NCBI RefSeq assembly: GCF_035594765.1
Contig: NW_026943819.1
Coordinates: 3,720,001 to 3,784,000 of the forward strand
Direction of reading: 5' to 3'
From: Anolis carolinensis
Taxonomy: Eukaryota
DNA: 64,000 nucleotides
The notes below the pieces were generated by a model. It did not search any database. It was not told the DNA's origin and saw only the letters and a list, made by a program, of their open reading frames with translations. Positions 41,841 to 56,212 of the stretch are shown here, in pieces; the stretch's first letter is position 1; each line of letters begins with the position of its first letter. The position numbers and the translations under genes were made by a program.

Positions 41841-43317
41841 TGACTGCTATTCTTTTTCAATCTAAGATCCCATGCTTGTTTGTATATTTTTTAGCTTCAC
41901 AGGATTGTTGGAAAGGAAGATATAATAGCTTTTTTTCCCAATTATAATGAATATAGCATTTTTATCTGGGTAAATATTAGTATCATACCTTTGTAGAGAG
42001 AAAAATATATTTTCAGTGCAAGACAAGTCCGTGAGAATTTTGCATTATATGAATCCTGAGCATCATTGACTTTTAGCGATCACAGCATTGTTTTGCATGG
42101 AAAATAGTATTTCCTTTCTGGCCAGATATTAGTATCATATCTTTGCAGGGGGGTGGGAGTTGTTTTCAGTGCAAAACAAGTCCATGAGAATGTTGCGTGA
42201 TATGAGTCCTGAGCAGCGAATATTGTATTCCGCTCTGGGTTCTTCTTATCGGGCGTCTCGGCAGCCCAAGAAACACTTTTGAAAGCTTTCTTTGAATGTT
42301 TCCATATATCCTTCCCGTTCCTAAGTCACATCCAATCAAAGCTCATTCCCCACAATGAATCTTTTTTTGCAAAATTATTTTTAATTCAAATATCTACTCT
42401 TTTTACAGATCACAAAAGATGACCCCAAATCTTTAGAATGGATGTATTTTCCAAAGGATCAAGAAGGCATCTTTAACCTTACATGCTTACCAGAGCTATT
42501 TGAAGATATAGATAGATAGATAGATAGATAGAGATAGATAGATAGATACATACATACATACATACATACATACTTGAAGATAGATAGAAGCAAACACACA
42601 TATATATCCTATAAAATCTGCTTTCCTGTTCCCCTCAATTTTTTTTTCATGTCAGGAGTGACTTGAGAAACTGCAAGTCACTTCTGGTGTGAGAGAATTG
42701 GCTGTCTGCAAGGATGTTGCCCAGAGGACACTCGGATGTTTGATGTTTTTGCCATCCTTGCAGGAGGCTTCTCTCATGGAGCTGGAGCTGATTGGGGGAG
42801 CTCATCCACGCTCGCCCCGGGTTGGATTCGAACTGTCAATGTTCAGGTCAGCATCCCAACCTTCAAGGCAGCAGTCCTGCCAGCACAGGGGGTTAACCCA
42901 CTGAGCCACCGGGGGTATGGTTTTGGAAAATGTGACTTTTTTAACTGTTACAAATCCCAGAATCCCCAAGACAACATAGCTATTGGAATATTCTAAGAAT
43001 TGTCATCTCCAAAAAGCAATTGTTACTATCGACTTCCATGTCGGTGGTCAGTGAATCCCTTCCAGGTATTGGATAGTTTTAATGGAGCTCTCCAAAGTTC
43101 TGGGGTTACCTAGGAATGGCTTCAGCACCAAGGATGTCTCCTTAGAGCCCAGATTAAAACCTAAGCTTGGTTCACCAACTCACAGACATGGGAGACCCAA
43201 GCCACCTTGGCACAGCATGGTCTACTCTACCTGATATGTGCTTCTGACATAGAACTGAAGAATGGGCTTCATTTATGGCTTTCATTTGGTCAGCTGCTTT
43301 CCTTTCCAGTTAACTCA

Positions 43318-43747
43318 TTAGATCTCATTGGGCTTCTGGGCCACTATGAACAATGAGGCTTTGATATCTGAGATAGCCAATGGAACATCATGCAGAAAGA
43401 CCTCAGAGGACACAACATCAAAGCCCGCCCCTTTCAGAACATCTCTAACCATTTCTGGTGCCAGGTAAAGGGAGGAGAACTTGTTTGGCCCCACCATGTA
43501 GTAGGTTTCTTCAAGAGCCACCACCAAGATGAGATGTCCCCCAGGTTTGACCAAGGAGCCCACGTTCTTCATGGCTGAATGGTAAGTGGGGAGGTCTTTA
43601 GAAGCTGCCTCTATGCAGTAAGTGGAGAGGACACAGTCAGCTGGATGGACTTCTATCGGGTCAAAAGGATTGGCCCAAGTCACGTCACATTTCAGGACTT
43701 GCTTGATGGTCTTCCTGAGCTTCTCCTCCTTTTCCATCCACTTCTCC
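43318..43747 (-). CDS. NNMT: NNMT-like gene 4, exon 3
   Basis: EKWMEKEEKLRKTIKQVLKCDV...DCVLSTYCIEAAS...YYMVGPNKFSSL; TAA. Confidence 0.93.
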
Positions 43748-44179
43748 CTGCAGGGAATGGAAAGGGAAAATTGTTCCAATCATGAAGGAATCATCTAAGG
43801 TTGGATTGCATAAGAAGATGCATTATTTGTAATATCAGGAGAGAGGTATACATAATGACCTTGCACCTGAGACATAATTTTGAGGAGAGAGGCAACAAAA
43901 GTCAAGAGTGGCACAAATTTTGTTCTGCTTTCTCATAAATTGCAATCAGTATGTTAAAACTAAAGCAATTCATTGCTTTTTGAAGGGTTTGGGTGAAGGT
44001 AGCATAATGAACTCAAGTCAATGAGATGTGTAGATTTGAATGTTATTCTCAGTCTCTTGGAGAGAAGGGTTCAACTTGGTCATGGAAGCCTATTGGTGGA
44101 CCTTGGACCAGTCTTACTATATCAGTCTCTGAAGAAGACCATGGCAGACTTTTGGGAAGTTTGGGTGTTGGTTAAGATA

Positions 44180-44921
44180 TGAGGGCTATCCAGAAAGTAC
44201 ATTACGTTTTGGAATTAAAAATGAACGAAGTATAGGAGAAAGCATTTACCATATTCAGTTGAAAGCAAGACCCAAATACAACTTCTCAACATAGTCCCCA
44301 TTGAAATCTAGGCACTTCTCATAGCGATAAAAGAGTTTGGAAAGTTCTTCCCCACCAAACTTTGCCGCTTGGCTTGCATCCTCAACCAGGCGGGCATCCC
44401 TTCCCGCAGCTGCGCATGTGCATGCACTCATCAGTCCTGGATCACTCTTGTAAGGTTTTGCAAGAAGCACATCTTTCCTGTCCCAAAAGACGGTTGCCAT
44501 AACCTTCCTTACAAGCATTTGCAAAACAGAAGAGCGATCCAAGACGAGCGTGGGGGAAAGTTGAGCGCATGCACATGCGCAGCTGCGAGAAGGAACGTCT
44601 GCCTGGTTGAGGACGCAAGCCAAGCAGCGAAGTTTGGTGGGGAAGGACTTTCCAAACTCTTTTATCGGTATGATAACAGCCTATTGAATGTGATTTCCTG
44701 CTTCTTGGCAGGGGGTTTGACTGGATGACCCATGAGGTCTCTTCCAACTCTACTATTCTATGATTCTATGATTCTATGATTCTATGATTCTAGATTTCAA
44801 TGGGGACTATGTTGAGAAGTGGTATTTGAAACTGGCTTTCAACTGCATATGGTAAATGTTTTCTCCTATACTTCGTTCATTTTTAATTCCAAAACATAAT
44901 GTACTTTCTGGATAGCCCTCG
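44180..44921. mobile_element. Mariner-derived foldback element (partial copies 48090-48173, 49830-50034)
   Basis: TIR gagggctatccagaaagt; transposase remnants RKVMATVFWD and CLDFNGDYVEK. Confidence 0.75.
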
Positions 44922-45000
44922 TAGAAACTTTCAAGGGCCACAAACTCTCAGCTAAAATGATACACAACAGGCACCAGATATCATCTCCACCTCTCCATAC

Positions 45001-45208
45001 CTGTCCCCCTCCAACTGGCAAACATATTTCAACACGGGGGCCCAGTCGAAGGTTTCCGGATCTTTTTTCAGCCACTTCTTCATCACCTCTCGGTTCTGCT
45101 CAAGGAAATCACTGACGATGATCTCTTTGAAGGACTCACAGGCGGAGAGGAGCTGGTGGATGGTGGGACCGCTGCCAATATCGATCAAGGTGTCTCCTCG
45201 GATGCCAT
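45001..45208 (-). CDS. NNMT: NNMT-like gene 4, exon 2
   Basis: 208 nt; [23 protein letters not shown]. Confidence 0.93.
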
Positions 45209-45554
45209 CTGTGTTTCAAAGAAACCATGAAATTGTCCTTTGTCTTAATCCTTAACACCTTCTTTTACATCCACATTCTTGCCCATTTCCCATGCTGATG
45301 GGGGATGACAGGACTGCCTGTCCATTCCATTGGGAAGGTGGGCTCTATTTGGGGGACGCTAATCTTCTACTTTCAGCTGTGGAATCACTATAATTACCCC
45401 CACCCAGTTCATTTTCACAGTGACATTTAATAGTTTGCATCTTAGTTTAATACTGTTAAACCAGGATTCAATTGCCGGGTGAGTGACCTTGGGTGAGTTA
45501 CAGATTCTCAGCCCCAGAAAACCCCAGGATAGGGGTCACTTAGGGTCACTACGC

Positions 45555-46044
45555 ATTTATTTATTCTTTATTTATTTACAGTATTTATATTCCGCCCTTC
45601 TCACCCCGAAGGAGACTCAGGGCAGATGACATTGTACACATATAAGGCAAACATTCAATGCCATATAACATAGAACAGAGACAGAGACAGACGCAGAGGC
45701 AATTTAAAACTTCTCCAACTTCCTGAGGGTATGCTTGATTCCGGTCACAGGGGGAGAAGCAGCTTCATCATCCACTGCAACGGCAACTTTCTCATTCCAA
45801 CGACGGCTGGATGATTTTTATGATGTTGTAAATTAGCCTCCCCACATATAAGTGGTACCTAAATTTCCTACGTGATAGATGCAACTATCTTTCGGATTGC
45901 TAGGTCAGCAACAAGCAGGGGCTATATTTTATTTTTAATTGTCGGGTGCTCACCCCGAGACAGGCTGGCCTTGAACTCATGACCTCTTGGTCAGAGTGAT
46001 TTATTGCAGCTGGCTGCTAATCAGCCTGCGCCACAGCCCGGCCC
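45555..46044 (-). mobile_element. tRNA-derived SINE with L2-like 3' tail (other copies 51360-51855, 53440-53898, 54436-54932 -, 60412-60852 +)
   Basis: Head gggccgggctgtggcgcag with a B-box-like motif; tail ...gagaagggcggaatataaatactgt(aaat)n. Confidence 0.75.
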
Positions 46045-46538
46045 ACATTAGAAACAACTTAGAAACACCAACCCTCCTGTGTTTTACTCAGACCATTGCT
46101 GTTGTTGCTGCCAATTGATGTTTATGTTTATTTACACCCCACTTTTTCTCTTCACAAAGGACCGCACATTAAAGGTATTTCAATACAATCTAAAACGGGG
46201 TACCATTGTCCACGACAACTTTGCAGAAGCCGCAATCTAATACTAGCTTTGAATGCAATTTCCTGCTTCTTGGCAGAATGGGGTTGGACTGGATGACCCA
46301 TGAGGTCTCTTCCAACTCTACGATTCTATGATTCTATGATTCTATGATTTTAGATCCTTCCAATTGAGCAGATAACTCTGCCCCTTTGAAGCCCACTTTG
46401 GGAAATCCAGGCCGGCCCCACATTTCCATCCCTTGGGCTCCTGTCCCTATTTCACCCCTCCCTTAATGGGACAGCATTAGATGCATTTGTATGAAAACTG
46501 TTCTGCTGCAAACAAGGAGACAGTCTTGCAAAACTCAC

Positions 46539-46683
46539 CCTTTGCGAATGCCTTGTGAAGCTTATCCAAAACGATAGCGAATACAGTTCCGTCACCAGAC
46601 CCGAAAGATAGATACATGTTTAAATACTCTTTTGGACAAAATGTTTGCTCATAAACCTCTTTCCCCGTAAATTCTCCTTCCAT
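46539..46683 (-). CDS. NNMT: NNMT-like gene 4, exon 1 (protein 260 aa)
   Basis: MEGEFTGKEVYEQTFCPKEYLNMY; donor GTGAG; 145 nt. Spliced total 783 nt. Confidence 0.9.
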
Positions 46684-46929
46684 GATGCCTCTGAGTCCAC
46701 AATGTACTAAAATGTTCTTTTGCTCCTGCAGCTTCTTGGTTCACAGCCACACCCTTTGCGATGCCTAGATTCGGGCACATGATCCCAGAGGAGGGGCCGG
46801 GATATAAATGGAAACAGTATTCCCCAGCTCTGGAAAACTCCTTGAAGCTACGTTCCTTCAAACAAGGAGTCAGGAATGTGATCCCACTCCCAAGATATGG
46901 GAGTTGGATGTTGCAATGCCTCAGATTGG

Positions 46930-47330
46930 CTCAGCTCTGCAATCCGTTACGGTCGTTTTGAATTCTGATTTTGTCATCTGAAGTATTCGCTCCCCGCTCC
47001 AATTTGATGTCATTTGCAAACTTGATAAGCACGCCCTTTAAACCTTCATCTGAGTCATTTATAATGATGTTGGAAAGTACTGGGCCCAGGACAGAACTCT
47101 TTTTATGGCACTCCACTGATCACTTCTTTCCAGGATGAAGTGGAACCATTAGAGACAATCACCCTTTGGTGATTGTCTTAACCAATTGGTTAACCAATTA
47201 CAAATCCACCTAATGGTAGCATTGCCTGCCTCACATTTAACTAGTTTGCTTGTAGGGAAGCTCATGGGGGAACTTGTTGAAGGCCTTACTAAAAACCAAG
47301 ATATGCTCCATTCACAGCATTCCCAAATAT
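46930..47330 (-). mobile_element. Degenerate CR1 LINE RT fragment (others 12720-12840, 34268-34395, 41220-41415)
   Basis: SVLGPVLSNIIIND...IKFANDIKL; YLDFSKAFD at the 12.8-kb copy. Confidence 0.7.
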
Positions 47331-48737
47331 ACGCTAAGATTGTAAAAAAAAAGGTAAAAGTTTTCCGCTGACGTTAAGTCCAGTCATGTCTGACTCTGGG
47401 GGTTGGTGCCCATCTCCATTTCTAGGCCGAAGAGCCGGCGTTGTCGCTAGACACCTCCAAGGTCATGTGGTCGGTATGACTGCATGGAACGCTGTTACCT
47501 TCCCGCCGGAGCGGCACCTATTGATCTACTCACATTGGCGTGTTTTCGAACTGCTAGGTTGGCAGAATATAGCATTTGTTGATATGTCTATTTTCACCCG
47601 GTCTATATAAATCATATGTGATATCTTATAAAGAGCACTGTATTAGACCATTTTCCTTTTATCTTTTTAAGAAAACTTGAAGCTGAGCCAACAATACAAA
47701 TATTCAAAACATTGCCGCTTACCAGATGAAGGGTTAACTGAAACTGGAGTAAACCTGGGAACCAGTAGTAAACGGCTTATGTAAACAGCTTACTTCGGCT
47801 CACAGCCAGCCACTTTAAAATAACAACTATTTGACCGGGCTTCCTGGCTGGGAACTGTAAATGACTGCAACATTTGTACAAACTGAAGCTGGAATCAATT
47901 GGGGTAAACTGTGGAAGTGATGCAGATATTTGATCTGAACGGGATCTTGTTAACAGCTTGTTTATTTTAACTTCTTTTGTATTGCGGGTTGTATGTTGTA
48001 TGTATGTCTATGTGTTAAATGTTTTGATACGGCCGATGGGCTAATCAATAAAATGTGATTTTGATATTATTTTTTTTGGTATATGTGTGTGGCTTTCAAC
48101 TGCATAAATGTTTTCTCCTATATTTTGTTCATTTTTCATTCCAAAACGTAATCTACTTTCTGGATAACCCTCATATTTGAATATGTACAAAGGTTTTCCC
48201 TGAATTTGTCCGTGATAATGTCTCCCATCATGACACCAAAACATTGGAGGTGAGAGTTATTCCAGTCTACTGAGCCCACAATATACCCAGATGTTCTTTT
48301 GCTCCATTAGTTTCTCTGTTTCTCCATTATGTCACAAGTGTAGCTGTGTTCCTACAAACAAACAACATTTTAGGCCACTGAAAATTGCTCAACCGAAATC
48401 AAGAACACAAAGATCTTCTGGGCACAGCCTGGTCCAAAAGTGAGACATAGTGTTCAAGTGAGCGTCCTTAGAGGTACATCCTCAAAGTAGGGTGTGCTTG
48501 TGATGTTCTGAAGAGTCCTACCATTTCCCAGAATTGTAAATCTCGACAAGAGTTTCCTTCTTCGCAGGGCTGTTGGAAAAGGGAACACATTCATGGGTTT
48601 TATTATGTGATAATTGATCACAAGCCCAGGCTCTTGGGAGGAGCCTCCTTATGTAACCCTCACATGCTTTGACTTTTGAAATAGTGTGAATCAAAGCATA
48701 TGGCAGCCATTGCCAAAACTATAAAATTATGAAACGG

Positions 48738-48748
48738 TATATATAAAA
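48738..48748 (+). promoter_or_regulatory. Candidate TATA box of gene 5
   Basis: TATATATAAAA about 75 nt upstream of the ATG. Confidence 0.5.
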
Positions 48749-48819
48749 GGATGAACCCATGACAGTGGCAAACCTGATGAGCCAAAGTCCACTTGATGTT
48801 TTGCGGGCTCCAAGGCACC

Positions 48820-48976
48820 ATGGAAGGGGATTTCACGGGGAAAGAGATGTACCATCTGAATTTTGATCCCAAAGGTTATTTCAACATGTACAAGAGCTTC
48901 GGCCTGAGCGTCTCTCCAGGAAATGATGAGCGGCTGCGCTTCATTCTGGAGCGTCTCCACAAGACATTTGCACTTG
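48820..48976 (+). CDS. NNMT: NNMT-like gene 5, exon 1
   Basis: accATGG; MEGDFTGKEMYHLNFDPKGYFNMY; donor GTGAG at 48977; 157 nt. Confidence 0.9.
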
Positions 48977-50862
48977 GTGAGTGTGACTGGGCTTCTTCTT
49001 CTTCCGTCGGAGTGGAACATTGAGATCCCTGAGATGATCTCAGTGCAGCATTTGCAATGGGTTTGGGTGAGTTCAAGAGATGTTTTGGTCACCTCAACTG
49101 GTGTAGCTCAGCCTTGCCATCATCTTCACCCAGAATAGCAAATGAGGGTGCTGTGGAGGAGGATGAAATGAGGGCTAAACCCAGTTTTAGTATCACCTTT
49201 CATTGGGTCCTTTGGAGGCAAAGGGGTGCATTTCAGAGTTGACTAGCAAGTCCTGTTCATTTCAACTGCTCTACTGGATCTGGGGTTACAACAATAATAA
49301 TACAGTAGAGTCTCACTAATCCAAGCCTCGCTTATCCAAGCCTCTGGATAATCCAAGCCATTTTTGTAGTCAAGGGTTTCAATATATCGTGATATTTTGG
49401 TGCTAAATTCGTAAATACAGTAATTACAACATAACATTCCTGCATATTGAACTCCTTTTTCTGTCAAATTTGTTGTATAACATGAAGTTTTGGTGCTTAA
49501 TTTGTAAAATCATAACCTAATTTGATGTTTAATAGACTTTTCCTTAATCCCTCCTTATCATCCAAGTTATTCGCTTATCCAAGCTTCTGCCGGCCCATTT
49601 AGCTTGGATAAGTGAGACTCTACTGTAATAATAAAAATAGAGTAAAATAAATGTAACAGTAGCAACAATAATAGAGTACAATAATAAATGTAATAATAAT
49701 AGAGAAAAGTAATAAGGTAAGGTGCACCGTATAAATATTGTGAACACGAGGTGACTGATAAAGTGCTGCAAATTCTTGGAAGTGCAAATTGGGATGGGAA
49801 TAGACCCTGTGTCTTTACTGGTAATGCAGCGTTTTGGCGATGCAAGCGGCAGAGTTTTGGGGGGAAGGAGTTGCTAAGCTCATTCATCGCTATGGTAAGT
49901 GCCTAGATTTGAATGGCGACTATGTTGAGAAGTGGTATTTGGGTCTGGCTCTCAACTGCATATGGTAAATGTTTTCTCCTATACTTTGTTCATTTTTAAT
50001 TCCAAAACGTAATCTACTTTCTGGATAGCCCTCGTAATTTGTGGCTGCAGGAATCACAACAGCAACATCTTGGAAGTGGGAGGGAGGGAACGACTCATTA
50101 AGGATTGGAGAAGGAAATTTGTTGAGTCTGTCCAAATGGCCAAGCTCTCCAACAGCTTAAGGGGAGGAAACAAGGAAGGGTTTGTGGGAAAATGAGGACT
50201 GGCCTTTGAGTATTTTTTTTAAAAAGAAGACAAAAGTAGATTTCAAAATAGCCACACGAGGAATGCATTAATGTAAGGGTAAGGATAGAGACGAGTTGCA
50301 TATGGTGTGGTGTCAGAAGGTTCACGGGTGGGAATAAGGAGGTGGTGGGACTGGGGAAATCATAGGTGTATCTCAATGGTTGAATTTTGAAGAGAAAGAG
50401 TTTTTGAAGAGAAAGAAAGAGGGGAGATGTTTTGTTTTTTTTGTGTCGGGAGCAACCAGAGTGAGAGAATTGGCCGTCTGCAAGGACGTTGCCCAGGGGA
50501 CGCCCGGATGTTTTGATGTTTTTACCATCCTTGTGGGAGGCTTCTCTCATGTCCCCGCATGGAGCTGGAGCTGATAGAGGGAGCTCATCCACACTCTCCC
50601 CAGGTGAGATTCGAACCTGGCAGCTTTCAGGTCAGCAACCCAACCTTCAAGTCACTTAGTCCACTACGCCATCTGGGGGCTTCTAGGGGAGATGTTGAAA
50701 GTGAGGAGTGAGTGGTTGGACTTAGCTTTCTGGGAAGAGTGATGGCCGTCATATTAAAGAACCGGGGAGCTAATACTCCCAGGGTTTCTGCACATCAAAG
50801 AGACTGAATTGGTTAGTTGGTCCAAAAGAGACCATAATCTAAATGGCATGGGTCAGGGATGA

Positions 50863-51183
<321 letters not shown>

Positions 51184-53399
51184 TAGTTCTCGGGTTGCAG
51201 TTCCCAGCATGCCTCACCATTGGCAATGCTGCCTAGGACTGGTCAGATCGGTGATACCATCACCAAGGAATACCCAACCTTGTAGGTACATATTTCAGTG
51301 GAAGGAAGGTTCTCCTCCTAGAAAGCCGCCATCCATGACCATGAGACACCATGTGTCCATTATTTATTTATTTATTTACTTACAGTATTTATATTCCGCC
51401 CTTCTTTCTCACCCCGAAGGGGACTCAGGGCGGATTACAATGAACACATATATGGCAAACATTCAATGCCAACAGACAAACGACATTCAGTTTTAGGCAG
51501 ACACAGAGGCATTTTAACATCTTTCCAGGTTCGCAATTCCGGCCACAGGGGGAGCTGTTGCTTCACCGTCCATTGGTGGCTGTTCTTCCTCTTCTTTTCT
51601 TTGTGAGCAGTTTTATGGTGTTGTAGATTAGTTAAATTAGCCTCCCGCATAAAGCGTACCTAAATTTTCCCTACTTGACAGATGCAACTGTCTTTCAGGG
51701 CTGCTAGGTCAACAGCAAGCCGGGGCTATTTTTTTTTTAATGGTCGGAGGCTTAACCTCACCCGGGCTTCGAACTCATGACCTCTCGGTCAGTAGTGATT
51801 TATAGCAGCTGGTTACTAGCCAGCTGCGCCACAGCCCGCGACACAGCCAGGCCCCATTATTACCTTTGTAAACCACCTTCCACCAAAGGTTGGAAATGTT
51901 CCTTCTTTGGACTCCAGCTCCCAGAATTAGGCATGTCTGATCGATGAAAAAAATGTTTCAATTCTCGTTTCTAAAGTAGGGGGCGCTGGCGCTTCGATAT
52001 AGAAAGTATTTCCGATTTTTTCACCCAAAAATTTCGGATATTTCTGAAAATTCGTAATGATTCTAAATGTTTCTAAAATGGCGCAATCGCTACACACCGG
52101 GCTTGTATGGCAATCTTCCATGTGGACGCAGAGGACGTTAGCCATCACCTTTGCGTCCATCGTGGAAGATTCAAGGTAGGTTGCAGAAACAATTTTTTAA
52201 AAATATTTTTTAAAATATATTTTAAAAATTTGGGGGGGGGATTAATGAAACATTAAGAGACAATGAGAGAATGGCCCAACAATGGTTCGAATTACATTGC
52301 CGGTTGCGCTGTGAGACAATGTCTTGGAATGCGTATCAAAAAGCGAGAACAATCCGAAATAATTCCGATATATGATTCAAAACGATTTTTTGGACATGTC
52401 TATCCAGAATTCCCCAACCCCAACTAAATAGCGCTGATCCAACTCTCTCTTTTTTAAAATCTTTTTATTGAGGTTTTGCCATACGGTACATATTGGGGAG
52501 GGAAAAAAACTAGGGAAAGAGAAAAGGAGACGGAAAACGGGAAAGGAAAGCTTTAGGGAAGGGAAAGTTTAGACGTGGGGAAAGAGAGGGTATGTTGAAG
52601 GGCAAGGGATAGGAAAAAAGGGGGGAAGGAGAGAGGGGTGGGGTATATCTGGGGACGGATAGGTGAAGGTGAATTAGGGGATAGGGAAAAGGGGTGGTGT
52701 TGACTTCCGATCTTTATTCTTCTTGCTTCTTTCTCTTTTATCTCCGCCTACATCCACTTATTTCCATTGTCTTTGCTTCCTTAAACAGTCCTCCAAACAA
52801 GACCAGTCCGTCTCTTTCACCATTCTGCCATCATTCTTCTTTAACAGAAAGGTTAATTTGTCCATGTCGTTTATATCAGTTACTTTATCGATCCACCAAT
52901 CTTTCATCAGTGGTTTTTCAGACTTCCAGTGATTGGCAATTACCATTCTGGCTGCCGTGATTAAAAAAAAAGGTGAAAAGTTTATCTGTATTAGAGTCAA
53001 TTTTATCCTGTTGGTCATATAGCCCTAGCAGGAGAAGCTCGGGTTTTAGTTCCAATTGTGTTTTTAAAATCTTGTTACATTCCCCTAAGATCAATTCCCA
53101 GTATTTTTTTTAATTTTCCTACAACTCCACCACATATGGATGTAGGAACCTGTTTGTTCTTTACACCTCCCACAGCTTGCATTAGCATTTTTATACATTT
53201 GTCCTAATTTTTTCGGTGTGTATGGTTTTCAGCCAATTTTCCTTCAGATCTGTGAAATAGGTGTATTTCATTTTAACCCGCCAAATTGATTCCCATTCCT
53301 GTATTAGAATCGATCTTCCTATGTTTTTGGCCCACTGTATCATCGAATTAGTAATTTCCTCTGTTTCCGTTGTCCAGTTCAGTAATTTATTATACAATG

Positions 53400-54153
53400 T
53401 GTTGTCGAAGGCTTTCATGGCCGGGATCACAGGGTTGTTGTATTTATTTTTATTTACAGTATTTATATTCCGCCCTTCTCACCCCGAAGGGGACTCAGGG
53501 TGGATTACAATGAACACATATATGGCAAACATTCAATGCCAACAGACAAACAACATACAGTATAGACAGACACAGAGGCATTTAACATTTTTCCAGCTTC
53601 ACGATTCCGGCCACAGGGGGAGCTGTTGCTTCACCATCCACTAGTGGCTGTACTTCCTCATTCATTTCCTCATGAGCAGTTTTATGGTGTTGTAAATTAA
53701 TTAAATTAGCCTCCCGCATAAAGCGTACCTAAATTTCCCTACTTGACAGATGCAACTGTCTTTCGGGGCTGCATAGGTCAACAGCAAGCCGGGCTATTTA
53801 ATGGTCGGGGACTTAACCCGACCCAGGCTTTGAACTCATGACCTCTCGGTCAGTAGTGATTTATTGCAGCTGGTTACTAGCCGGCTGCGCCACAGCCTGT
53901 AAATAATGTATGTCTTTCGGGCTGTGTGGCCATGTTCCAGAAGCATTCTCTCCTGACGTTTCACCCACATCTATGGCAGCCATCCTCAGAGGTTGTGAGG
54001 TATGGACTCTACACAGATATATATTCTTTCCTTTCCTTACTTAGTTTATCCATACCTCACAACCTCTGAGGATGCCTGCTATAGATGTGGGCGAAACGTC
54101 AGGAGAGAATGCTTCTGGAACATGGCCACACAGCCCGAAAGACATACAACAAC
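53400..54153. mobile_element. Penelope-like element remnant with inverted terminal repeats, interrupted by a SINE (others 59660-61070, 62980-63125)
   Basis: Inverted pair 53910-54005 / 54050-54150 carrying the hammerhead core. Confidence 0.65.
54063..54103 (+). ncRNA. Minimal type I hammerhead ribozyme
   Basis: cct-CTGAGGA-stem II (gcc...ggc)-GAAAC-GTC-agg. Confidence 0.65.
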
Positions 54154-54436
54154 CCCAATTTATTATACAGTATGGAAATATTTTTCTTCTCTATTTGGAG
54201 ACGTTTATCCCAGAACCCCTGTTCCATCTCAAATCTTACAATCTTATTTTTTTTATATGCTTCTTTTAGTTGAATATATTGATACCAAGATATATTCCTA
54301 AATAGCGCTGATCCAACTCTTGTAGCCCAGAAGAATATTGTCTTCAGACTGTTTACTCTGTTTTGAAAGAGTAGTGACTTCTCATGTCACAACCAAAGTG
54401 AACTGGCCTTATGCAGGTTTATCACACTTTCTCTTT

Positions 54437-54467
<31 letters not shown>

Positions 54468-55673
54468 TTTACAGTATTTATATTCCACCCTTCTCACCCC
54501 GAAGGGGACTCAGGGCAGATTACAATGAACACATATATGGCAAACATTCAATGCCAACAGACAAACAACATTCAGTTTTTAGACAGACTCAGAGGCATTT
54601 TTAACATTTTTCCAGCTTGATGATTCTGGCCACAGGGGGAGCTGTTGCTTCACCGTCCATTGGTGGCTGTTCTTCCTCTTCTTTTCTTCATGAGCAGTTT
54701 TATGGTGTTGTAGATTAGTTAAATTAGCCTCCCGCATAAAGTGTACCTAAATTTTCCCTACTTGACAGATGCACCTGTCTTTCGGGGCTGCATAGGTCAA
54801 CAGCAAGCCGAGGCTAATTTTTTTTTTAATGGTCGGAGGCTTAACCCGACGCGGGCTTCGAACTCCTGACCTCTCGGTCAGTAGTGATTTATAGCAGCTG
54901 GTTACTAGCCAGCTGCGCCACAGCCCGGCCCCCTTTAGGTAGATCTTTATCCCCTTTAGCTAAAAGAATGGAATGGCTAGATATCCAGCGTTGTCATGTG
55001 CCTGTAATGGACTGGATTGGACTGGTTAGATGCCAAAATTTCCATATGCCTGATATGGAATGGAATACCAGGTAATCTTTTAGGAATATCTTATCAAAAC
55101 ATTAAAAAGAAAGAAAAAGAAAGAGGATCGTATTAATCCCAGAGAGAGAAACTCCACACTCTCCCATCGTTTTGATCATTTTGAGTACAAAATGAGGCCT
55201 GAGTGGTAGAAACGGTCAGAGTATTTGCAGCGCAGCAGTAGTTGGATGGAAGCAGTGGAGCACAGAACGAAGAGACTCTCAGAGACATTGGTAAAACTAT
55301 TTACAACGTTTTACTGTATGCAGCAGTAATCAACACAAACAGACTTGCAGAAGACAGACGAACACAGGACTGCTCTGTTCTCCAACAGAACTAGACTCGA
55401 ACTCTAGGCAGACAGAACTCAACTGAACAGACGCAATCGGTATGCACAAACACTTGTGTCTGGATACTCCCTAGTTCCAGCCACACATCAAGGTCATCAT
55501 AGCTTCTTGGCAATTAACTTTTTCCACATTATGGTATATTCTGGATGATGCAATCCATTGCAATACAAGCATGGCACAAACTGCATTTAAATACTGTCAA
55601 TACACAAATCCCACGTTAACAGAAACCTTCCTGAGATCCAAGTGAAATCCTTTAGGAATATCTTCTCAAAACA

Positions 55674-56212
55674 TCTATATATATAAAAGAGTGATGGCAT
55701 CAGGGCAGCGGACAAAACAACAAAACTACAGGCCCCCCAACCTCGAAATTTGACAACACAACCCATCATCCACGGCTCTAGGTAGATACAACAAAAAGAA
55801 AAGAAAAATAAAGTCCTAATTACAGGGAGAGAAATAATAGTTTTTATCCAATTGCTGCCAGTTTGAAGGCTAAGCTCCGCCCACTTGGTCTCCTAGCAAC
55901 CTACTCAGCCCAGGGGACAGGCACAGTTAGGCCTCACTTAGGCCTCTTCCACAGATTATCAGATTTTAACTGGATTATATGGCAGTGTAGACTCAAGGCC
56001 CTTCCACACAGCTATATAACCCATTTAGAATCTTATATTATCTGCTTTGAACTGGATTATCTTGACTCCACACTGCCATATAATCCACTTCAGTGTGCAT
56101 ACTAAACATAAAGACAACCATACAACAGACATTCAATGCCACCACTACCTCAACAATTTCTCACCAACACCACCAGACAACGCCACAGCAACGCGTGGCC
56201 GGGCACAGCTAG
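55674..56212 (+). mobile_element. Non-autonomous Helitron
   Basis: A|TC...gccacagcaacgcgtggc...CTAG|T. Confidence 0.78.

Noticed and set aside
55195-55560. Possible reverse-strand LTR fragment
   Set aside because: I could not define termini or a TSD.
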